Positions 7,240-13,294 of a DNA stretch of 13,294 nt are shown in pieces (position 1 is the first letter of the stretch; each line of letters begins with the position of its first letter). The position numbers were made by a program, and so were the translations under genes. The stretch spans positions 1 through 13,294 of the forward strand of contig JANLWX010000185.1 in the NCBI GenBank assembly GCA_031364845.1, given 5' to 3'. Under the pieces are notes generated by a model. It saw only the letters and a program-made list of their open reading frames with translations. It was not told the origin of the DNA and searched no databases. The stretch is from Candidatus Eiseniibacteriota bacterium. GTDB lineage: Bacteria > Eisenbacteria > RBG-16-71-46.

Positions 7240-8475
7240 ATGACCGGAAGAGCGACCACTGTCGCCGTAATGTTGTTCGTCGCCACGAGCCTGGCCGCCG
7301 CGCTCCCGTCATATGCCGCACAGAAGTCCGCCACCGCGGTCGCGACCGGCGCGGCGAAGCCGGCAGACGCCTTGATGGCTGACAAGCTGCCCGATGCCGC
7401 GCGTCTCGTGGCGGAATCCGACACGATCGAGACCGGCGCCGACTTCAGCTGGAATGTGATGTTCGACATTCAGAACGCCACCGATTCGGGACTCTATCTC
7501 GACAGTCTGCGCTGCGAAGTCGACGATCTCGACGAAGGCGCCACCGATGCCCCGCGCCACCTCAGCATCGATCTCTCGCGGCTCGCCAAGCTCTCGCCGA
7601 CCATCAGCGCCCAGAGCAACAACGGTATCCAGCATGCGGGTCCCGCGTACGCCGAGCACGCACGCCTTACGTATCACCTCTTCTGCCATCGCGCCGAAGG
7701 CAAGGCGTTCGAGCTGGTGTCCGTGGTGCACGCGGTTCCCGGTGCTTCAAAGGAATACGTCTCGCAGTTCATCGACGCAGGCGGGAAGAAGATCGAGTAC
7801 GTGATCGTTCCGGCACTGGGCGGCGTCTTGAAGCCGCCGGGCGTGCTCATGGTGCACGGTGAAGGCAGCAACGCGCGCCGCATGCTCCGCAACGCGCGCA
7901 TCGTCGCCTCGCGCGGATTCACCGTCGCGCTCGTGAGCATGCCGGGCTTCGGGTTGTCGACCGGTCCACTCGACCTCATGGGCCAGGCGAGCGTCACCGC
8001 GGCCTCCAAGGTGCTGGACGCGCTCGCCAAGTCCGAAGGTGTGGACGCGACGAAGCTCGCGGCATGGGGCATTTCGAGCGGCGCCACGGTGGTCGCGGAG
8101 TTGGCGACACGCCGCACCGATCTCAAGTCGATCGTGCTGCAGTCGGGCCTCTACGATCTGTGGGCGGTCTATCGCGGCACGGACTCGCCCGAATTGCGCG
8201 AGGCGATCGTGGCTCAGGCGGGTAAGGACAGCACGGCGTGGCGCGAGCGTTCGCCGCTGCTGCGGTCGGCGAAGATCGCGATGCCGGTGCTGGTCGTTCA
8301 TGGCGAGAAGGACGCGCGCGTTCCCGCGGCACAGGCGCATGCGCTCGTCGCGGCTCTCGAGTCGCGCCGCGCCAAGGTCGAATCGAGCTTCATCGAGCGG
8401 GGCGCTCACGTGATCTCGCAAAACGAGGCCCTGCGCGTCAGCACGGAATTCCTGAAGCGCACCCTGGCGCTGTGA
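7240..8475 (+). CDS. Secreted alpha/beta-fold serine hydrolase (S9 peptidase-like) with an N-terminal accessory domain
   Basis: ATG at 7240 follows GAGGA, then signal peptide MTGRATTVAVMLFVATSLAAALPSYA. Oxyanion region VLMVHGEG, nucleophile AWGISSGA, Asp in VVHGEKDARVP and His in GAHVI. Confidence 0.85.
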   Translation: MTGRATTVAVMLFVATSLAAALPSYAAQKSATAVATGAAKPADALMADKLPDAARLVAESDTIETGADFSWNVMFDIQNATDSGLYLDSLRCEVDDLDEGATDAPRHLSIDLSRLAKLSPTISAQSNNGIQHAGPAYAEHARLTYHLFCHRAEGKAFELVSVVHAVPGASKEYVSQFIDAGGKKIEYVIVPALGGVLKPPGVLMVHGEGSNARRMLRNARIVASRGFTVALVSMPGFGLSTGPLDLMGQASVTAASKVLDALAKSEGVDATKLAAWGISSGATVVAELATRRTDLKSIVLQSGLYDLWAVYRGTDSPELREAIVAQAGKDSTAWRERSPLLRSAKIAMPVLVVHGEKDARVPAAQAHALVAALESRRAKVESSFIERGAHVISQNEALRVSTEFLKRTLAL

Positions 8476-8661
8476 GGCTCGGCCCGGGCGGCCTCGGGTA
8501 CCTGAATCCGCCGCGCCCGGTTGCGTTGTGCACGGTCGCCCGCGAAGTCGGGCGGAGTTCGCGGCCAAACCGTCCCATCGTGCGCGCCGCACTCCGCATT
8601 CAGGTTATTCGGATCCTGAGGTGGATTGTCGCCCCGGTAGCGGGTTAGACTCTTGGCGCAC

Positions 8662-10221
8662 ATGCGTCCATCCTGGTCGGGTTTTCTCGCGATTTCGCTG
8701 GCTGCCAGCGCGCTCGGTGCCATTTCCGGGAGTGCTGTGGCCGACCGTTCCGTGGCCATTTCGGTGGCGGTCGCCCCCGTACCGGCCACGCTGGCCTATG
8801 CGTCCGCCACGCCCACCGCCGACGCCACACTCACCGAAGCCCCGCCCCAACTGGTCGAAGTCACGCTGTCGGAGACCCTCGAGATCGGCGAGCTTTTGCG
8901 CCAGGGACTCGATGTCGTCGCGGTCCGCGGCAATTCGGCGACCGTGCTCGCGCGCCCTCAGGACGCCGCCATCTTCGAGCGCCTCGGCACAACGCCGCGT
9001 GTGATCGACGCCCATCCCGGTGCCACCGCTGCCGCGCGCGCCCATGCCGAACTCGCCGCGCGCCCCGCGCCCAAGTCGACCCGCGTGTGGAGCGCGGTCG
9101 GCCGTGACGGACGCTTCGGCATCAACGTGCTGCCGCCATTCGGCTCCGGTTCGATGGGCGGCTACTGGACCGCGGCCGAGATCAAGATGAAGCTCGACGA
9201 ACTGGTTGCGAACGACACGCAGAACGTGGTCGCCGACAAGATCGACACCGTCGGATATTCGCGCGAAGGCCGGCCGATCTGGGGACTCAAGATCGCCAAG
9301 GCGGTCGGCGGCGCCGACACGCGTCCGGTCGTCTACTACAACGCGCTCACGCACTGCCGCGAGCCCGAAGGTATGCAGGCGTTGTTCTACTTCGTCTCGG
9401 ATATTCTCGGAAAGTACGGGACCGATCCGCTCGCGACCTATCTGCTCGATCGCCGCGGCATCTATATCGTTCCGCTCGTCAATCCCGACGGCTACGCGGT
9501 CAACGAGGCGACCTACGCCGGCAATGGCGGAACCGCGTTCGGCTTCTGGCGCAAGAACACGCGCGACAACAACAACAACTCGGTGTTCGATTCAGCTAAC
9601 GACGGCGTCGATCTCAATCGCAACTTCGGCTACCTGTGGGGATTGAACGACACCGGATCCAGCCCCAATCCGGCCTCCGAGACCTATCGTGGTCCGTCCG
9701 CATTCTCGGAACCCGAATCGCAAGTTCAACGCAATCTGGTCTCCGCGTTGCAGCCGGTGACCGGATTCTCGTTTCATTCGTTTGCGGACCTGTTGATCCA
9801 TCCGTGGGGCTATACCACGACGCCGACCCCGCACGTGTCGGCGTTTGCGGAATGGAGCGATGCGATCACGCGCGACAACGCATACCTGTCCGGGTCGACG
9901 CCGGCGGTGCTCTACGAAGTGAACGGCGACTTCAACGACTGGGCCTATGGCGACACGATCGCCAAGCCGCGGGCGTTCACGTGGACGCCCGAAGTCGGTC
10001 ACGACGACGACGGCTTCTGGCCGCCCCCGTCGCGCATCGTCCCGCTGGCGCAGGAGATGCTGCGTCCGTGCTACGTGCTCGCGGCGCTCGCGGGACCCTT
10101 CGTTCAGGACGATGGCTTCACGTTGCTCGAAGGCGCGATGAACATGGGACGCCTGACGAACGTGGTCGTCAATGCGCGCAACATGGGCGCCAAAGGAACG
10201 ACTGGGACCGGCCTCACGTGA
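8662..10221 (+). CDS. M14 zinc carboxypeptidase (carboxypeptidase T-like); N-terminal part of a gene interrupted by an in-frame TGA
   Basis: Signal peptide and propeptide, then HxxE (THCREPE), PLVNPDG, WRKN, GVDLNRNF, YRGPSAFSEPE, SFHSF and catalytic Glu in WTPEVG. Ends at TGA 10219-10221, with the same frame continuing. Start may be TTG 8653 or ATG 8662. Confidence 0.88.
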   Translation: MRPSWSGFLAISLAASALGAISGSAVADRSVAISVAVAPVPATLAYASATPTADATLTEAPPQLVEVTLSETLEIGELLRQGLDVVAVRGNSATVLARPQDAAIFERLGTTPRVIDAHPGATAAARAHAELAARPAPKSTRVWSAVGRDGRFGINVLPPFGSGSMGGYWTAAEIKMKLDELVANDTQNVVADKIDTVGYSREGRPIWGLKIAKAVGGADTRPVVYYNALTHCREPEGMQALFYFVSDILGKYGTDPLATYLLDRRGIYIVPLVNPDGYAVNEATYAGNGGTAFGFWRKNTRDNNNNSVFDSANDGVDLNRNFGYLWGLNDTGSSPNPASETYRGPSAFSEPESQVQRNLVSALQPVTGFSFHSFADLLIHPWGYTTTPTPHVSAFAEWSDAITRDNAYLSGSTPAVLYEVNGDFNDWAYGDTIAKPRAFTWTPEVGHDDDGFWPPPSRIVPLAQEMLRPCYVLAALAGPFVQDDGFTLLEGAMNMGRLTNVVVNARNMGAKGTTGTGLT

Positions 10222-10224
10222 ACG

Positions 10225-11289
10225 ATGGTGGCGCTCGATGCGGGTGCCCACGTGCTCAACGGAACGGTGCTCTATCCGGTCGCCGCGTCACGACAGACCG
10301 TGGCCCCGCTCGGTGCGAGCGCGTTCCAGGTGTCGCTCGACGACAGCGTCACGCCGGGACGGCTCATGCGCTTCGAAGTGACCTTCTCGTCGTCCGACGG
10401 CTTCGGCCGCGACACGATCGTGGTGCCCGCCGGAACGCCGACGCTGCTGGCGGCCGACGGTGCCTCGAGCGGAACGACGGCGTGGTCGTTGTCTCCCAGC
10501 AACTCGTTCAGCGTGGTCACGAACGACGCCTCGCACCCGAACCGCTACTTCGGGCAGCGCGGGACGGCGGCGTACGGAATCAGTGCGAACGACCGCATGA
10601 TCTTTCGCGCGCGACTCAATCTGAGCGCCGGCGTTCACGCGTATGCCTTCTACGAGTCGAAGTGGGAGTTCGAAGAGGACTACGACTCCGGCTCGATCGA
10701 GACCAGCACCGACAGCGTGAACTGGACGCCGATGCGCGCGACCGGGACCACGCCGGGCAGTGGCATCTCGGGCGGCACCCAGCCCGCGGGCCTTCCCTTC
10801 TACTCCGGCAATCGTCGCAACTGGGCGCCCGAGATCGCGGATCTGTCTTCGCGCGCGGGTCCAGGCCAGACCCGCGTGCATCTGCGCTTCCGCGGCCAGA
10901 GCGACTCCAACGCGAACTACGACGGCTTCGCGTTCGACTCGCTCCGCATCGTGATCTACGACCCGGCGGCTCAGCCGGCACCGCTCGCCGTGGAAAGCCT
11001 GGAGCTGCCGGCGACGTTGTCACTCGCGGCACCGGCGCCCAATCCGATGCGCGGCTTCGCGCGCTTCGACTTTGCGCTGCCACGCGCCGGAATGGTGCGG
11101 CTCGAGATCATCGACGTGACCGGTCGCCGCGTGCGCACGCTCGCCAACGGCACCTTCGCCGCGGGACGCTACGTGCACGGCTGGGACCGCCGCGACGATC
11201 GCGGAACGCTGGTGAAACCGGGCGTCTATCTCGCCCGGCTCGCGGACAGCCGCGGAACCGTGTCGCAGCGGATCGTCGTGTTCGAGTAG
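10225..11289 (+). CDS. C-terminal part of the same M14 gene: beta-sandwich domains plus FlgD-Ig / T9SS-CTD-like sorting domain
   Basis: In frame with the upstream ORF and has no SD or signal peptide. Contains FEEDYDSG...VHLRFR...YDGFAFD (jelly-roll module common in secreted peptidases) and the terminal PAPNP...VRLEIIDVTGRRVRTL...WDRRDDRG...PGVYLARL domain. Confidence 0.75.
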   Translation: MVALDAGAHVLNGTVLYPVAASRQTVAPLGASAFQVSLDDSVTPGRLMRFEVTFSSSDGFGRDTIVVPAGTPTLLAADGASSGTTAWSLSPSNSFSVVTNDASHPNRYFGQRGTAAYGISANDRMIFRARLNLSAGVHAYAFYESKWEFEEDYDSGSIETSTDSVNWTPMRATGTTPGSGISGGTQPAGLPFYSGNRRNWAPEIADLSSRAGPGQTRVHLRFRGQSDSNANYDGFAFDSLRIVIYDPAAQPAPLAVESLELPATLSLAAPAPNPMRGFARFDFALPRAGMVRLEIIDVTGRRVRTLANGTFAAGRYVHGWDRRDDRGTLVKPGVYLARLADSRGTVSQRIVVFE

Positions 11290-11310
11290 TCCGAGGCGAA
11301 GATTCTCGTG

Positions 11311-11354
11311 GAAACATCGAGCGCCCCGACCTTTCGGGGCGCTCGAACTGTTTC
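11311..11354. terminator. Stem-loop between convergent genes, probable bidirectional terminator
   Basis: Perfect 13-bp stem TCGAGCGCCCCGA (11317-11329) / TCGGGGCGCTCGA (11334-11346) with loop CCTT, extendable by GAAACA/TGTTTC. Confidence 0.75.
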
Positions 11355-11375
11355 GGGTCGATGTTCGTTCCGACG

Positions 11376-12779
11376 CTACTTCTTCGGAATGAACGCCGCG
11401 TTCGGCTTGCCTTCCTCCCACGGCCGGTACTCGATCGCATAGCGAACGCGCTCGACGAGCGGCGGGTGCGAGTACAGGAACCACTTGAGCACAGCCGGCG
11501 GCTCCGGATTGGACTTGTTCTGCGATCCGAGCTTGATGAACGCGCGCGCCGCCGCGTCGTTCGAATGCGTGACCTCGAGCCCGAACGTATCCGACTGATG
11601 CTCGATGCTGCGCGAGTAGTAGTTGCTGAGCGGCTGTGCGACGAAACTCACCAGGGTGAGCGCCAGTCCGAACAGCGGGAGCGACGCTACGTCGTGCAGC
11701 TCGCGGAATCCCCAGCTCCCGCCGAACCGGCGCACGGCCCAGGTCATCATCAGGCCGCTCAGGAAGAAGAGCCCGAAGCTCAACACCGAGAAGAACCCGA
11801 TCCCTTTCCAGATGTGGCCGAGCCGGTAGTGGCCCATCTCGTGCCCCATCACGAACAGAATCTCGTCGTGCTTCATACCCTTGAGTGTGGTGTCCCACAG
11901 CACGATGCGCTGCGAGGCGCCGAAGCCGGTCACGTAGGCGTTGAACTTCTTCGTCTGGGCGCTCTTGTCGACCTGGTACACGTTGCGCCCGGGGATGCCG
12001 GCCTTCGCCGCGAGACTGACGATCTGCTGCTTCAGCGTCTGATCCTCGAGCGGCGTGAACTTGTTGAACATCGGGTCGATCACGATCGGCTGGAGCAGCG
12101 TGAGGATCACGATCACCGGCACCGAGCCGATCGCGAGCGCCACCCACCACAGCCGGACCTTCTCGATCGCGAGGTATGCGAGCATGACGAGCGGAATCAC
12201 TGCCGTCATGACGATGCCGATCCCGAGTCCTTTCAATTCGTCGCCAAACCACGCGCCGAAGGTTTGATTCGAGAGCTGATACTGATGCTCGAGCGCAAAC
12301 CCCTGATACCACGAGAGCGGAAACGAGATGACGAAGCTCAGCAGGGTGTAGATCGTCAGATAGATGAGCATCCGCCCATAGCGACCGCGTGCCTTGAGGT
12401 GGGCGAAGTCACGAATCCGGGCTGAGAGCCCGGAGAACAGAAAGATGAGGGCGACGAGGATGCCGAAGCCCATCCCGACATAATTGAGCGTGACATTCTT
12501 GGTCCAGTATTCCTTCGCCTCGCCGGTGAAGTTCGCGCGCACTTCCGCGAGATAGTCCGCGGCGGAACGGCCGCCGCTGAGTTCCGTAGACGCCGCGAGT
12601 GAATCCGCGTCGGGATTGCCGAGGGTGATCTCGGAGATCACTGCGGGGGCCGCGGAGTCGGGACCCGGCGACGGGACCGGCGCCTGTGCGCGCGCTACGA
12701 TCGGAATCACCAGCATCGCGAGACCCGTCGCGATGGCGATCAGGGTTCGGCACATCGAGGCTCGGGCACTCGAGTTCAT
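11376..12779 (-). CDS. M48 family (Ste24/HtpX-like) membrane zinc metallopeptidase
   Basis: Multiple TM helices, LEHQYQLSNQT, IDPMFNKFTPL, NAYVTGFGASQRIVLWDT, zinc motif HEMGH, EHQSD and YSHPPLVERV. ATG at 12779 follows GGGGGA; the alternative start is 12794. Confidence 0.92.
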   Translation of the reverse strand: MNSSARASMCRTLIAIATGLAMLVIPIVARAQAPVPSPGPDSAAPAVISEITLGNPDADSLAASTELSGGRSAADYLAEVRANFTGEAKEYWTKNVTLNYVGMGFGILVALIFLFSGLSARIRDFAHLKARGRYGRMLIYLTIYTLLSFVISFPLSWYQGFALEHQYQLSNQTFGAWFGDELKGLGIGIVMTAVIPLVMLAYLAIEKVRLWWVALAIGSVPVIVILTLLQPIVIDPMFNKFTPLEDQTLKQQIVSLAAKAGIPGRNVYQVDKSAQTKKFNAYVTGFGASQRIVLWDTTLKGMKHDEILFVMGHEMGHYRLGHIWKGIGFFSVLSFGLFFLSGLMMTWAVRRFGGSWGFRELHDVASLPLFGLALTLVSFVAQPLSNYYSRSIEHQSDTFGLEVTHSNDAAARAFIKLGSQNKSNPEPPAVLKWFLYSHPPLVERVRYAIEYRPWEEGKPNAAFIPKK

Positions 12780-12834
12780 CGTCGATCCCCCCATGTTGAG
12801 TCGTCACGTCGAACATCGTTCACTGCCGCGCGCA

Positions 12835-12863
12835 AAGTTAGTGGCGCGTTTGGAACCACGCAA
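12835..12863 (-). promoter_or_regulatory. sigma70-type promoter of the M48 peptidase gene
   Basis: Minus strand reads TTGCGT (12863-12858), 17 bp, TAACTT (12840-12835). Confidence 0.55.
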
Positions 12864-12939
12864 CTGCGAGACGTTTTTCAGTGCGATTAGAGCAAAAAAA
12901 TGAGAGCGGATTGATGAACGAGTGGGGTAGATTGCGGCG

Positions 12940-13142
12940 TGCGAATCGTTGAGGTCAGGGAACCTCGGCGCGTAGCGCAAATCGACGGATCCCACCCGTC
13001 GTAGAGATCGGTCGTCATCGAAGGGTTCGCTGTCGGGATCCGAGGGTGGAGATCGATCCCCGGCGGTAGGTAGCCAGTCTGGTGCATACCACGGGCACTC
13101 AAGAATGGAAGACGCGGTCCCGAGACCGCGTCTTTCGTTTTT
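12940..13142 (+). ncRNA. Candidate structured non-coding RNA or riboswitch-like leader of unrecognised family
   Basis: No credible ORF. TAGATT -10-like hexamer at 12928-12933 with an upstream A-tract. Nested stems closed by TTGAG/CTCAA, ending in a strong intrinsic terminator. Confidence 0.45.
13107..13142 (+). terminator. Rho-independent terminator
   Basis: Stem AAGACGCGGTC (13109-13119) / GACCGCGTCTT (13124-13134) with loop CCGA, followed by TCGTTTTT. Confidence 0.8.
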
Positions 13143-13235
13143 GCGCCGGGGAGGGCTGAAAGCATCGACTCGCTACTCCGGGGAGTCGTTCGAAGGCGGC
13201 GGGGCGAGCGGCAATCGTGTGGCGACACCCGCTTC

Positions 13236-13294
13236 GCGCGACATCCTGTCGCGCTCGCTCCCGCGCCATCGGTCGGCAGCCATCCCTGGCTGCC
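13236..13294 (-). repeat. Pair of related hairpins with GGA loops on the minus strand (REP-like or CsrA-site-like)
   Basis: GCGCGACA-TCC-TGTCGCGC (13236-13254) and GGCAGCCA-TCCC-TGGCTGCC (13275-13294). The minus strand reads CAGGAUG and CAGGGAUG at the apices. Confidence 0.5.

Noticed and set aside
9568..9579. AAC trinucleotide run
   Set aside because: It encodes NNNN in an acidic/Asn loop (RDNNNNSVFD) of the M14 domain and is too short to indicate phase variation.
9636..12425. 929-aa + strand ORF spanning M14 and M48, considered as a frameshift partner for the split M14 gene
   Set aside because: It is an Arg-rich alternative frame followed by an antisense shadow of M48. The true M14 continuation is in the same frame as the catalytic domain, so no frameshift is needed.
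12940..13105. Assignment of the RNA candidate to lysine, FMN, SAM-I/IV, c-di-GMP-I or c-di-AMP riboswitches, or to 6S, SRP, tmRNA or tRNA-Sec
   Set aside because: Only short fragments resemble these families (e.g. CCGGCGGUA, GGUAGGUAGC, minus-strand CCCGACAGC); the full ordered consensus of none is present by eye.
12804..13228. Short minus-strand ORFs (63 aa and 113 aa)
   Set aside because: No recognisable motifs; they cross a promoter, and the longer one also crosses the terminator hairpin.
13240..13250. GACA-TCC-TGTC as a third BlaI-type operator
   Set aside because: The spacer is 3 nt rather than 2, the GAATATA flank is missing, and it is better explained as part of an RNA hairpin.
1..13294. 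CRISPR array, IS/transposase, integrase, tRNA or rRNA
   Set aside because: No regularly spaced direct repeats, recombinase or transposase motifs, or cloverleaf structures were seen.

Overview
High-GC bacterial window. A FlgD-Ig/T9SS-CTD-like C-terminal domain hints at an FCB-associated lineage such as Ca. Eisenbacteria (inference). Gene order: 3' end of a probable outer-membrane beta-barrel gene (+) and a terminator; lrp/asnC regulator and L-lysine 6-aminotransferase lat (-); thrH (+); a BlaI/CopY repressor, M56 peptidase and secreted amidohydrolase-TPR unit (-); a HAD phosphatase (-) divergent from a secreted S9-like alpha/beta hydrolase (+); an M14 zinc carboxypeptidase gene split by one in-frame TGA (+); a terminator; an M48/Ste24 peptidase (-); and a ~500-bp non-coding end. 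The most interesting signals are: (1) a structured, terminator-bounded ~200-nt ncRNA candidate at ~12940-13142 with possible kissing loops; (2) a BlaI/M56 pair whose sensor domain is replaced by a His-rich tail, with a near-identical GACA-NN-TGTC operator in front of both the repressor and the amidohydrolase; (3) the in-frame TGA that separates the M14 catalytic domain from its C-terminal sorting domain. Also seen: 31-bp-phased Lrp-type sites, several leaderless-type promoters, a palindromic bidirectional -10 element, a likely CTG start, a concentric intergenic rod structure and CsrA-type GGA hairpins. No mobile element, tRNA, rRNA or CRISPR array was found. All calls are by eye; no searches were run.
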